Positions 53,875-63,193 of a stretch of DNA of 64,000 nucleotides are shown one piece after another. The translations under genes were made by a program, and so were the position numbers. Under the pieces are notes generated by a model. The model worked only from the letters and a program-made list of their open reading frames with translations, made no database searches and was not told where the DNA came from. Every line of letters starts with the position of its first letter. Positions within the stretch are counted from its first letter, which is position 1. The stretch lies in IMG/VR virus record IMGVR_UViG_3300025646_000012, positions 1-64,000 of that record; one strand, given 5' to 3'. Origin of the DNA: a virus.

Positions 53875-54102
53875 TCAGAAGTTCTCCCAGTTCATTTTCA
53901 TTCCAACATTTGTCTCTGCATTACGCTTAGCAGATTCAAAATCAACAAAAGGACCGGCGGAAGTAAAATCATCCAGAAGGCGGCCCTCGGGGGTATAGAT
54001 CATAAACTTTCCATCACACATCCGATAGATCTCAACGGGTTTGATCGAGTTGGTTGCTTTGTAGATGTGTGAGTGAGTTTCAGATTGATTGAAGGTCATC
54101 AT
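53875..54102 (-). CDS. hypothetical early protein, 75 aa
   Basis: Start set at ATG 54102, after GAAAGGA RBS and an early promoter. Confidence 0.65.
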   Translation of the reverse strand: MMTFNQSETHSHIYKATNSIKPVEIYRMCDGKFMIYTPEGRLLDDFTSAGPFVDFESAKRNAETNVGMKMNWENF

Positions 54103-54132
54103 GGTGTGGTTCCTTTCACTTCCTATAGTTAT

Positions 54133-54161
54133 AATATAATCATTTCTTCTTAAATGTAAAC
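54133..54161 (-). promoter_or_regulatory. T4-type early promoter
   Basis: GTTTAC-N17-TATATT. Confidence 0.8.
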
Positions 54162-54227
54162 CCCCTACGTGCATTTTTTTCAAAAAAAGTTTTATGGAAT
54201 TTCAATCACTTGTAACTTTTTTGCATT

Positions 54228-54267
54228 ATTTACATCTATGGTGTGATGTGATATAATTATATAAATA
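54228..54267 (+). promoter_or_regulatory. tandem early-like (ATTTAC-N18-TATAAT) and late (TATAAATA, 54260-54267) promoters for gp3-uvsY-uvsW
   Basis: Both motifs read directly from the sequence. Confidence 0.65.
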
Positions 54268-54291
54268 GTAGAAAGGAACAGAGGATACGTC

Positions 54292-54855
54292 ATGCCATCT
54301 CTTAACCCCAATGCATCGGTAGATCTATCACCTACCAGTAATAATAGTTCATTGACCACAACCAACTTCTTGCAGCCTACTGGTTTCAAGATGGTGATCA
54401 ATCGTAAGAATTTTCCTAACTTACAATTCTTTTGTAATGGATTTACACACCCTGATGTTGGCGTGAATGCTGCTGATGTTGCATATAAGCGTATTAGTTC
54501 CATTCCGTTTGCTGGTGATAAATTTACCTTTGGTGAACTTTCGGTCCAGGTTCTTCTTGACGAAGAGATGAATTCATATGAAGAAATGTATAACTGGATG
54601 GAAAGAGTTGTAGAAACAAATGAAACCAGACCAATGGGTAAACCTGGTGAACCTATTGACTATGGTACACTACCACCAACTTATGCAGACGTAACATTAT
54701 CCATCCTAAATAGTTCAAACAACCTTTCAAGAGAAATACGATATATTGATTGTATGCCTACATCCTTAGGTAGTATTAACTTTGAAACCGTTGCAGGTGA
54801 CCAGTTCTTAACTTACACAGTAAGCTTTAGATACTCTTATTTTGAATTCCGTTAA
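54292..54855 (+). CDS. gp3: tail tube terminator / completion protein
   Basis: NFLQP.GFK..I, FFC.....P, GD...F..L...LLDE...Y.E.YNW, D.TL.IL.S.N, P.SL. Confidence 0.85.
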   Translation: MPSLNPNASVDLSPTSNNSSLTTTNFLQPTGFKMVINRKNFPNLQFFCNGFTHPDVGVNAADVAYKRISSIPFAGDKFTFGELSVQVLLDEEMNSYEEMYNWMERVVETNETRPMGKPGEPIDYGTLPPTYADVTLSILNSSNNLSREIRYIDCMPTSLGSINFETVAGDQFLTYTVSFRYSYFEFR

Positions 54856-54871
54856 TTTATGAAGGTTTATT

Positions 54872-55318
54872 ATGATCGACTTGAACACTATCTTGGATAT
54901 GTGGGCAGAAGACTGCCAAATTAATAATCTGAAGTTGGATGAAACTTCAAAAAATACACCAACATTGCATGCAAAGTATCTTCGGCTTCTGTCGGAGGCA
55001 AAACTTATGCTCAAAAAAACGGAGCGTGACCAAAAAGTATTGCTTCGAGATAAATGGCTATATTATAATGGTAAAATGGATCAAGAACAATTAGAATCAA
55101 AAGGTTGGTCACCAGATCCGTTTGATGGTCTTAGAATTTTAAAAGGTGAAATGGATTATTACTATAATTCAGACCCTGAAATTCAAAAATCAGAAGAAAA
55201 AATTGAGTACTGGAAAACGGTTATAAGTACTCTGACTGAAATAGTAGATAATCTTAAATGGCGCCATCAAACCATCGGCAATATTATAAGATGGAAACAA
55301 TTTGAAGCTGGTGGTTAA
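54872..55318 (+). CDS. uvsY: recombination mediator
   Basis: W..D..I...LD.....P.LHAKY, YY.G, I.N.I.W..F..G. Confidence 0.9.
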   Translation: MIDLNTILDMWAEDCQINNLKLDETSKNTPTLHAKYLRLLSEAKLMLKKTERDQKVLLRDKWLYYNGKMDQEQLESKGWSPDPFDGLRILKGEMDYYYNSDPEIQKSEEKIEYWKTVISTLTEIVDNLKWRHQTIGNIIRWKQFEAGG

Positions 55319-56793
55319 TGGTTGATATAGTTGTAAAGCTTAAAGATTATAGTATGCTTACTATCCAGTGTGATAGAGGCATATCTGCAGAGTTGAGTGA
55401 TTACTTTTCATTCTTTGTACCTGGTTATCGTTTCATGCCAGCCTTTAAAGCACGTGTATGGGATGGTAAAATTCGTTTGTTTAATCAAATGACAGGTGAA
55501 TTAAATGCGGGGCTTTACATTTATGTAGTTAAATTTTGTTCTGAACGTGGCTATACAATGGATACCGAGGAAACCGATTATGGTTTACCTATCGGTATCA
55601 CCAAAATAGATTCCGATAAGCTACAGGAGTTCTATAAGGTACTAAAGTTACCATATGATACCCGTGATTACCAACACGATGCAGTAAAAATCGGCTTAGA
55701 ACGTAAGAGAGCGATCCTGGTATCGCCTACCGGCTCTGGTAAATCGTTTATTATGTATTTGTTGATGCGGCATATACTTGGTACAGAAAAAGGTAAAATT
55801 CTAATCATTGTTCCAACAACATCTCTTGTTGAACAACTCTGGCAAGACTTTGCTGATTACGGTTATGATTCTGAAAATAAAGTACATAAGATTTATTCAG
55901 GTAAAGATAAGACTACAAATAAAAGAGTTATTATTTCCACATGGCAATCCATTTATAAGTTTCCTAAAAAGTGGTTTGAACAATTTGATGCCGTTTTTGG
56001 TGACGAGTGTCATGGCTTTAAATCAAAATCACTATCATCCATTATGAATAAATCAACCGAAGCAAAATATAGATTCGGGTTGACAGGTACTTTAGACGGC
56101 ACCCAAACGCATAAGCTGGTGTTGGAGGGGTTATTTGGTCCAGTATATCAGGTTACCATGACCAAAAAGTTACAAGAAGAAGGTACACTAGCACCACTTG
56201 ATATTACCATTCTAATGCTTAAATATACCAGTGAAACTAGACAGATAAATACCAATAATGATTACCAAAAGGAAATTGAATTCCTAATTAATCATGAGAA
56301 AAGAAATAAATTTATTCGTAATCTAGCCCTATCACAGACAGGTAATACACTCGTATTATATCTGAGAGTTGATGGTCATGGAAAACCTTTGTTTAATATG
56401 ATTCGTGAAAAAGCTGATGAGAATAGAAAAATATTTTTTGTATCTGGTGATGTTGAAGCTGAGGATAGAGAATCAATAAGAAAAATTGTTGAGACACAAA
56501 AAGATGCTATCATTGTTGCAAGTTTAGGGACCTTTAGTACTGGTATCAATATACGGAATTTGCATAACATTATTTTTGCGTCACCGTCCAAGTCCCAAAT
56601 TAAAGTTCTTCAGTCGATCGGCCGTGGACTACGAGTATCAGATGACGGAAGAGTAACAAAACTTTTTGATATTGCAGATGATTTACATTGGAAACAAAAG
56701 AAAAATTTTGCTCTTATACATTCTGCGGAACGTGTAAAAATATACTCAAAAGAAGAATTCAAATATAAAATTGTACAGGTGGAATTAGAATGA
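55318..56793 (+). CDS. uvsW: SF2 DNA/RNA helicase
   Basis: WDGKIRLF, PTGSGKS, DECH, GLTGTL, FSTG.NI.NL, QSIGR.LR. Confidence 0.97.
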   Translation: MVDIVVKLKDYSMLTIQCDRGISAELSDYFSFFVPGYRFMPAFKARVWDGKIRLFNQMTGELNAGLYIYVVKFCSERGYTMDTEETDYGLPIGITKIDSDKLQEFYKVLKLPYDTRDYQHDAVKIGLERKRAILVSPTGSGKSFIMYLLMRHILGTEKGKILIIVPTTSLVEQLWQDFADYGYDSENKVHKIYSGKDKTTNKRVIISTWQSIYKFPKKWFEQFDAVFGDECHGFKSKSLSSIMNKSTEAKYRFGLTGTLDGTQTHKLVLEGLFGPVYQVTMTKKLQEEGTLAPLDITILMLKYTSETRQINTNNDYQKEIEFLINHEKRNKFIRNLALSQTGNTLVLYLRVDGHGKPLFNMIREKADENRKIFFVSGDVEAEDRESIRKIVETQKDAIIVASLGTFSTGINIRNLHNIIFASPSKSQIKVLQSIGRGLRVSDDGRVTKLFDIADDLHWKQKKNFALIHSAERVKIYSKEEFKYKIVQVELE

Positions 56794-57236
56794 GTGGATC
56801 AGATTTTAATAAAAGCATTAGACAATTTAAATTATCCAATGGTGATGAAATAGTATGTGATGTTGTAGAATGGCCAAGTGAGGATGATGATCATAATGGG
56901 TTAATAGTTCGTAATGCCTATAAAATTTTCATGGTAAATACTCTTAATCCAACAGAAAATAGATACTATCAATTTCGTCCTTGGTTGGTATATCAAGATA
57001 AAAAAGACTATTTCCAAGTATTAAATGCTGATCATATTATTGCGGAAGCAACACCTGCTGATGAACTTCTTGTACATTATTATAGAGTAATAAATGATAC
57101 TGATGAAAATGAAAAAGAATTGGAAGATAAAATTGCTAAATTGGAAAAAGTATTAGAAGAATATATGTCGGATAAAACATTTAATGATAGTGATTCAAAT
57201 AATCTAATCCAATTTCCGGGCAGAAAATTACATTAA
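56790..57236 (+). CDS. conserved T4-like protein (Sm-like fold)
   Basis: KL.NG.EIV..V...F.PW; position after uvsW. Confidence 0.55.
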   Translation: MSGSDFNKSIRQFKLSNGDEIVCDVVEWPSEDDDHNGLIVRNAYKIFMVNTLNPTENRYYQFRPWLVYQDKKDYFQVLNADHIIAEATPADELLVHYYRVINDTDENEKELEDKIAKLEKVLEEYMSDKTFNDSDSNNLIQFPGRKLH

Positions 57237-57895
57237 TGATAAGAACTGATCAAGAAGCATGGGAACAATATCCCCATCACCACAACTGGTTTAACAAGCT
57301 ATGGGTATCTGAGAAGCTAGGATATAAATGTGGACCGGGCGGAACAGCACCCAAGACTAGTGGGTGGTATGTTGTTAGACCCACATATAATCTTTCCGGT
57401 ATGGGTGTAGGCGCTAAGAAAGTATTCATTGAGGCTGGCGACTTGAAAGCTGTTCCTGCCGGCTACTTCTGGTGTGAATGGTTTGAGGGAACTCATTACT
57501 CTGCCACATTCAAGTTTATTCATGATCACAAGCCTAGATGGGATGTTGTTTCTTGCTGGGAAGGACTTTCAAATCCAGCTATGTTGCAACAATTTAGAGA
57601 ATGGTATCGTACAGAAGAAGTTCCTTATGTTCCTTGGGCATTAAATGAATTATCTGATGTAGGAATTATAAATGTCGAATTCAAAGATGATAAAGTGATT
57701 GAGGTTCATCTGAGAGATACACCTGATCCTGACTATGATCATATTATTCCCACATGGATGTCAGATCAAGCCAATGGAAAAGTTCTTTCCGAACGTAATG
57801 ATCGGTTGACAAAAGATGGTTATAGATGGGTATCTGACTATGATGATGCCGATGGCCAACTTTCTGATCCTCGTACTGGTTTCTGGGTAAAGTGA
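57236..57895 (+). CDS. putative ATP-grasp fold protein
   Basis: VRP.YNLSGMG.G, EWFEG.H.S, INVEF...VIEVHLR resemble ATP-grasp motifs. Confidence 0.5.
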   Translation: MIRTDQEAWEQYPHHHNWFNKLWVSEKLGYKCGPGGTAPKTSGWYVVRPTYNLSGMGVGAKKVFIEAGDLKAVPAGYFWCEWFEGTHYSATFKFIHDHKPRWDVVSCWEGLSNPAMLQQFREWYRTEEVPYVPWALNELSDVGIINVEFKDDKVIEVHLRDTPDPDYDHIIPTWMSDQANGKVLSERNDRLTKDGYRWVSDYDDADGQLSDPRTGFWVK

Positions 57896-57926
57896 TATAC
57901 CACCCATCTCTAACATGTACTATGTT

Positions 57927-57996
57927 ATTATATCAACATTTCTAATCTTGTAAACAACTATTTTTTGTTTACATATCAATATTTTTGTGTTACAAT
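57927..57996. promoter_or_regulatory. back-to-back early-type promoters (minus 57927-57955; plus 57967-57996)
   Basis: GTTTAC-N17-TATAAT on minus; GTTTAC-N18-TACAAT on plus (towards gp55). Confidence 0.65.
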
Positions 57997-58020
57997 ATAA
58001 AAAACAAAATGGATTTTATT

Positions 58021-58620
58021 ATGGCAAAAGAAAAACGAGCAAGCATTCATTATGTAAACAATAAGGATTTTTCCGAAGCAGTGGTAGAATACTGCACTCT
58101 AATTGCTGAAGCAAAAGAGAAAAAACAACCATTACCTGTTGTACCGGATTATATTGCATTATCTTTCCTACGAATTGCCGAAGGTCTTTCACATAAATCT
58201 AATTTCATTAGATATACTTACCGTGAAGAAATGGTAATGGATGCAGTTGAAAATTGTTTAAGAGCAATTGAAAATTATAATATTGATGCTGCAACAAGAA
58301 CTGGTTTACCAAATGCCTTTGCTTATTTTACCCAAATTTCCTGGTATGCATTCCTTCGTCGAATTGCAAAAGAGAAAAAGCATCAGGATGTCAGACTAAG
58401 ATATCTCTCTCAATCTGGTATTGAGGATTATATTGTATCAGGTGATCTGGATCCAGTATCAATCCAAGCAATGCAAAGCTTTATTGACACACTTAAGGAT
58501 CGTATTGATAAGGTAAAAGAAAAAGATGATGATCTAAAAGAATTTGTAAAAAAAGAAAAGCATAGAAAAAAATATCAACTTTCAGTAGATTCTGATTTAA
58601 TGGACTTTTTTGAAGAATGA
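58021..58620 (+). CDS. gp55: late transcription sigma factor
   Basis: HYVNN..F, IA.GLS...NF..YTY..EM..D..ENC, N.FAYFTQI...AF.RRI.KE. Confidence 0.96.
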   Translation: MAKEKRASIHYVNNKDFSEAVVEYCTLIAEAKEKKQPLPVVPDYIALSFLRIAEGLSHKSNFIRYTYREEMVMDAVENCLRAIENYNIDAATRTGLPNAFAYFTQISWYAFLRRIAKEKKHQDVRLRYLSQSGIEDYIVSGDLDPVSIQAMQSFIDTLKDRIDKVKEKDDDLKEFVKKEKHRKKYQLSVDSDLMDFFEE

Positions 58621-59678
58621 AATTTGCAATTTTGAATGATACCCATTGTGGTGTTCGTAATAGTTCTGATATATTTCTTGATAATGCAGAGAAATTCTAT
58701 AAAGAAATATTTTTTCCTTATTTAATTGAAAATGGAATTAAGCATATTCTCCACCTCGGCGATTACTATGACAATAGAAAATTTATTAACTTCCGTGCAT
58801 TGAATCGTAATCGTAATCATTTTCTTAAGAAACTAAGAGAATATGGAATTACAATGGACATTTTTGTAGGTAATCATGATACCTATTATAAAAATACTAA
58901 TAATCTAAATTCATTAAAAGAATTGTTTGGACATTATACCGATGTGGTGAATATTATCCATGAGCCAACAAATGTCCAATATGGTGATGTAACTTTTGCT
59001 TTGATTCCTTGGATTAATCAGGAAAATGAAAAGACAACCATGCAATTTCTAAAAGAAACCAAGGCAACACACGTTGGTGGACATTTTGATATTATTGGTT
59101 TTGAAATGCTAAAGGGTGTTGAAAGTACACATGGTTTGGATCCATCAATTTTTGAACGCTTCCAAGCCGTATATACTGGTCACTACCATGTAAAATCATC
59201 TAAGAATAATATCCATTACCTCGGATCCCAAATGGAATTTTTCTGGAGTGATGCACATAACGACAAATATTTCCATGTATTTGATACAGAGACCCAGGAA
59301 CTTATCAAGATCCGAAATCCACACACACTGTTCCATCGTATTCATTATGATGATACAAATTTTAATTATTTGGAATATGACTTCTCTTTGGTTGAAAATA
59401 AATTTGTAAAAATTGTTGTCATAAACAAAAGTGACGTGTTTACATTTGACCGGTTTGTTGATAAGATACAATCATGTAAAATACACGAGCTTAAAATCCA
59501 AGAGAACTTTAATGAGTTCATTGGTGAAAAAGTGGATGATGACACAATTCTGCTAGAAGATACCACGTCACTCCTCAATAGTTATATTGATGGTGTTGAT
59601 ACCGAACTTGACAAGGATCGGATTAAACTTCAAATGCATGAACTAATGACTGAGGCACAGACCCTAGAAGTAGCATGA
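58617..59678 (+). CDS. gp47: recombination endonuclease subunit (Mre11/SbcD-like)
   Basis: DTH.G.R, LGD..D.R, GNHD, GH, GHYH, YLG. Confidence 0.96.
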   Translation: MKFAILNDTHCGVRNSSDIFLDNAEKFYKEIFFPYLIENGIKHILHLGDYYDNRKFINFRALNRNRNHFLKKLREYGITMDIFVGNHDTYYKNTNNLNSLKELFGHYTDVVNIIHEPTNVQYGDVTFALIPWINQENEKTTMQFLKETKATHVGGHFDIIGFEMLKGVESTHGLDPSIFERFQAVYTGHYHVKSSKNNIHYLGSQMEFFWSDAHNDKYFHVFDTETQELIKIRNPHTLFHRIHYDDTNFNYLEYDFSLVENKFVKIVVINKSDVFTFDRFVDKIQSCKIHELKIQENFNEFIGEKVDDDTILLEDTTSLLNSYIDGVDTELDKDRIKLQMHELMTEAQTLEVA

Positions 59679-61390
59679 TTATATTTAAAAGTTTGAGATG
59701 GCGCAACTTTTTGTCCACAGGCAATAATTGGACAGAAGTTGATTTTCTTACCCATAAAACACATCTGGTTGTAGGACACAATGGTGCCGGAAAATCCACT
59801 ATGTTGGATGCATTGGCATTTGCTCTATTTGGTAAACCGCATCGTAATATCAATAAACCACAACTTGTAAATTCAATTAACAACAAAGATTGTTCCGTTG
59901 AGGTTATTTTTACCGTTGGTGGTTTTGAATATAAGATTATCCGTGGTTTAAAACCTGTTGTATTTGAAATTTATAGGAATAACGTCCTATTAAATCAAGA
60001 GTCACATAATAAAGAATACCAAAAGATTCTAGAACAAAACATTCTAAAACTTAATCACAAAAGTTTCCATCAGATTGTTGTTCTAGGTTCATCTTCGTTT
60101 ATTCCGTTTATGCAATTGCCTGCACAACATCGTAGGGATGTCATTGAAGATCTATTGGATATTGGTATCTTCTCAAAGATGAATATTATCCTTAAAGAGA
60201 AAAATTCCAATCTCAAAGATAAAATCCGTGATGTGGAATATCAAATTGAGGTTCTAAAAAATAAAATTGAAACTCAAAAGAAATACATTACCGATATTAA
60301 TAGGATTAATAAGGATCTTAGAGAACAAAAAGAGGCACATATCAGAACTCTTAGAGATGAATCTGCGGAACTCAGCCGTCAAAATGATGAGTTACTTATA
60401 AAAATTAGTCATAATAATGCGGTTTGGCCATTTACACTTCAAAAACTACAAAAGAAACAATCTTTATTGTTCCAATATCAAACACAATTTAATACAGATA
60501 TTAAAACTGTAGTTAAAGATGCTAAATTCTTTGAAGAGAATGATGATTGTCCAACATGTACACAAAAGATTGATGAGAGTGTAAGACAATCCAAATTGGA
60601 TTATGCTAAAAATAGAGCAAAAGAATTACAAGATGCTCTATCAAAACTTAACACAGAGATTGAAAATATTGCATCAGAATTAAAAACCGCACAAGATAGA
60701 ATTACCGATATAAATACATGGCAGAATGAATTGAACAATAATTCACAAACCATTCATCGGATCAATTCTCAAGTTAATTTGATTCACGATGAAATAGAAA
60801 ATCTTACAGATACAACCAGTGACATATCTCTGGCTAAAAATGATCTACAAAAATTTATTGATGAAAAAGACTCTAGGTTTGAGGAGAAGCTCAAGCATAG
60901 TGAACAATACCAATATAATGCAGCTATTGCAGAAATGCTCAAAGATACTGGTATCAAAACAAAGATTGTGAAGCAGTATCTTCCGGTCATCAATAAATTG
61001 GTAAATCAATATTTACAAACGCTTGACTTTTTTGTACACTTCCATTTGGATGAAGCATTTACGGAATCAATCAGATCTAGACATAGAGATAGTTTTTCGT
61101 ATGATTCGTTCTCTGAAGGTGAAAAACAACGCATTGACCTGGCTCTACTATTCACTTGGCGCCAGGTAGCTAAAATGAAAAATTCAATTGCTACAAATCT
61201 ATTGATTTTGGATGAAACATTTGATTCATCTCTTGACTATGAAGGTGTGGACAATCTAATGAAAATTATCTACAGCCTTGATGATAATACAAATGTTTTT
61301 GTTATTTCGCATAAAGGGGATATTCTGGACGGTAAATTTGAAAATAAAATTGAGTTTGTAAAAGATAAAAATTTCAGCAAAATTAAGTGA
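59675..61390 (+). CDS. gp46: recombination endonuclease ATPase (Rad50/SbcC-like)
   Basis: NFLS.GN, G.NGAGKST, CPTC zinc hook, FSEGEK.RIDL, LDE..D. Confidence 0.97.
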   Translation: MIIFKSLRWRNFLSTGNNWTEVDFLTHKTHLVVGHNGAGKSTMLDALAFALFGKPHRNINKPQLVNSINNKDCSVEVIFTVGGFEYKIIRGLKPVVFEIYRNNVLLNQESHNKEYQKILEQNILKLNHKSFHQIVVLGSSSFIPFMQLPAQHRRDVIEDLLDIGIFSKMNIILKEKNSNLKDKIRDVEYQIEVLKNKIETQKKYITDINRINKDLREQKEAHIRTLRDESAELSRQNDELLIKISHNNAVWPFTLQKLQKKQSLLFQYQTQFNTDIKTVVKDAKFFEENDDCPTCTQKIDESVRQSKLDYAKNRAKELQDALSKLNTEIENIASELKTAQDRITDINTWQNELNNNSQTIHRINSQVNLIHDEIENLTDTTSDISLAKNDLQKFIDEKDSRFEEKLKHSEQYQYNAAIAEMLKDTGIKTKIVKQYLPVINKLVNQYLQTLDFFVHFHLDEAFTESIRSRHRDSFSYDSFSEGEKQRIDLALLFTWRQVAKMKNSIATNLLILDETFDSSLDYEGVDNLMKIIYSLDDNTNVFVISHKGDILDGKFENKIEFVKDKNFSKIK

Positions 61391-61400
61391 GGAACATATT

Positions 61401-62075
61401 ATGCAGCTGAACGAACAAGCAATGCAAGTGCTAAAAAACTTTGCAACAATTAATCCTAATATTGTTATCGAACAAGGTAACGTCATTCGAACACTTTCCG
61501 AAGGTAAAAATATCTTTGGTAAGGCAATTGTAGATCTTGACTTTCCAGTAAAGTTTGGTATCTACGACCTTAATGAGTTTTTGAATGTCCTTGGTCTTGT
61601 TGATGAACATTCACTTACCTTCAATGATAAATATGTTGTTGTAAATGACAACGTAGGTTTGTCAAAGGTAAAATATTTCTTTACGGATACGGATTATCTT
61701 ACCACGTCCAATAAGGATATTGCAATGCCTTCGACTGAGGTTAGATTTAACCTCACAAATGACACTCTAAATAAACTCAAGAGAGCGGCTTCTGCTCTTG
61801 GTCATGATGTTGTTTCTATCCGACCAAATAATGGTGCAATTAGTTTGACCGTATTTGATAAGGATAATCCGACCTCGAACTCTTTCACTATTGATGTTGA
61901 TGGATCTTATGAAGGTTCTGATTTTGATTTTATTATTACAATTTCAAATCTAAAACTCATTCCTAATGACTATCAAGTGGAAATTTCATCTAAACTTATC
62001 TCACATTTTATTAACAAAGATTCTAAGGTTGAATATTGGATTGCCTTGGAAAAATCATCTAAATATGGAGCTTAA
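61401..62075 (+). CDS. gp45: DNA polymerase sliding clamp
   Basis: LKNFA.IN, F.IYDL.EFL, NLK....Y.V, YWIALE. Confidence 0.95.
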   Translation: MQLNEQAMQVLKNFATINPNIVIEQGNVIRTLSEGKNIFGKAIVDLDFPVKFGIYDLNEFLNVLGLVDEHSLTFNDKYVVVNDNVGLSKVKYFFTDTDYLTTSNKDIAMPSTEVRFNLTNDTLNKLKRAASALGHDVVSIRPNNGAISLTVFDKDNPTSNSFTIDVDGSYEGSDFDFIITISNLKLIPNDYQVEISSKLISHFINKDSKVEYWIALEKSSKYGA

Positions 62076-62077
62076 TA

Positions 62078-62293
62078 ATGGCAACTAAAATTGCAAATCA
62101 AGAAAATCATTCACAAATTTACGATCTTTCCAACCGTGTAGCACGTAGTACAATTGCAGTAATTGATACTCTTACCCAACGTGGTGCATTTAAGGGTGAG
62201 GAACTTTCTACCATCGGCGGATTGAGGGATCAAGCTGCTCATCTAATTCAACTTGCAGAAGCATGGCAGGCTGAGAACGCATCAAATAGTTAA
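62078..62293 (+). CDS. conserved small phage protein
   Basis: ID....RGAFKG.EL..IG.LRD; GGAG RBS. Confidence 0.7.
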   Translation: MATKIANQENHSQIYDLSNRVARSTIAVIDTLTQRGAFKGEELSTIGGLRDQAAHLIQLAEAWQAENASNS

Positions 62294-63117
62294 TGATAAA
62301 CGAAATTACATTAAATATTACAGAATTATGTAATCTTAAATGTGGATTTTGTCCTAGATCTACATGGTATCCGAATCAAAATTTAAATATGAGTTCGGAT
62401 ACCATTCATGCAATTTGTAACCAAATTTTAAAATTACCTAATTTTAAAGATTTTATTACCAATGGAAGTTTAAGAATTATAGGTAGAGGTGAACCTACAT
62501 TACATCCTGAATTTGATAAGATAATTGAGATTATATCATCATATAATATAGATAATATTGTTCTTTATACTAATGGGATAAAACTAAAAAAAATTAAACA
62601 CATTTCCCATAAAATTAAACAAATAAGATGGGCAGTATATTCTGATAATGATGCAGATTTTATAGAAGCAATTTCAGAAATAAAAACATATAATTCTAAA
62701 AATAAACTTGTTTTTATGAAACCCGATAATGAAAAAGAAGGTGGCACTGTCCGTCACTATTTTATAAATGGAACCTTATTTTTAAATAGTAATTATCCCT
62801 TTCTTGATAATAGAGCAGGATCTATAGAAAATCCCATTTATGAAAAACATTTTAATTATAAACACGCAACCTATCACGATGGTAAAAAATGTTATTATAT
62901 AGATAATAAAATTTACATAGATTGGAATGGTAATTATAATTTATGTTGTAATGATTGGTCGGGCAGAGTATTAGGTAACATATTTAAAGAAGATATTATA
63001 AGTTATTATGAAAAAAATAATATCCTAAAAAAATATAAAGAAGGCATAAAAAATAAAAAGCCTTTAAATCCTTGTAAAAGTTGTTCAATACTAACGTGCA
63101 TAAGAAATAATGTATGA
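62293..63117 (+). CDS. radical SAM protein with SPASM/twitch domain
   Basis: CNLKCGFC, GEP.LHP, TNG, NRAG, C...IDW.G...LCC.DW...LGN, C..C. Confidence 0.88.
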   Translation: MINEITLNITELCNLKCGFCPRSTWYPNQNLNMSSDTIHAICNQILKLPNFKDFITNGSLRIIGRGEPTLHPEFDKIIEIISSYNIDNIVLYTNGIKLKKIKHISHKIKQIRWAVYSDNDADFIEAISEIKTYNSKNKLVFMKPDNEKEGGTVRHYFINGTLFLNSNYPFLDNRAGSIENPIYEKHFNYKHATYHDGKKCYYIDNKIYIDWNGNYNLCCNDWSGRVLGNIFKEDIISYYEKNNILKKYKEGIKNKKPLNPCKSCSILTCIRNNV

Positions 63118-63129
63118 CGTAATAAATGA

Positions 63130-63159
63130 GTTTACAAGTATAAGAAAATGATATAAAAT
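63130..63159 (+). promoter_or_regulatory. early-type promoter for gp44
   Basis: GTTTAC-N18-TAAAAT. Confidence 0.5.
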
Positions 63160-63193
63160 TGATGTATGCACTATATAATGAAAAGGGCTTATA

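Noticed and set aside
54103-54183. N-terminal extension of ORF 53875
   Set aside because: It spans the early promoter; a strong RBS precedes ATG 54102.
57985-58020. TTG start for gp55
   Set aside because: It overlaps the -10 box; a downstream ATG (58021, or possibly 58009) is more plausible.
43561-61390. Introns, inteins or homing endonucleases in gp17, gp20, gp23, uvsW or gp46
   Set aside because: The ORFs are continuous and of normal length, with no Hint, LAGLIDADG or HNH motifs seen.
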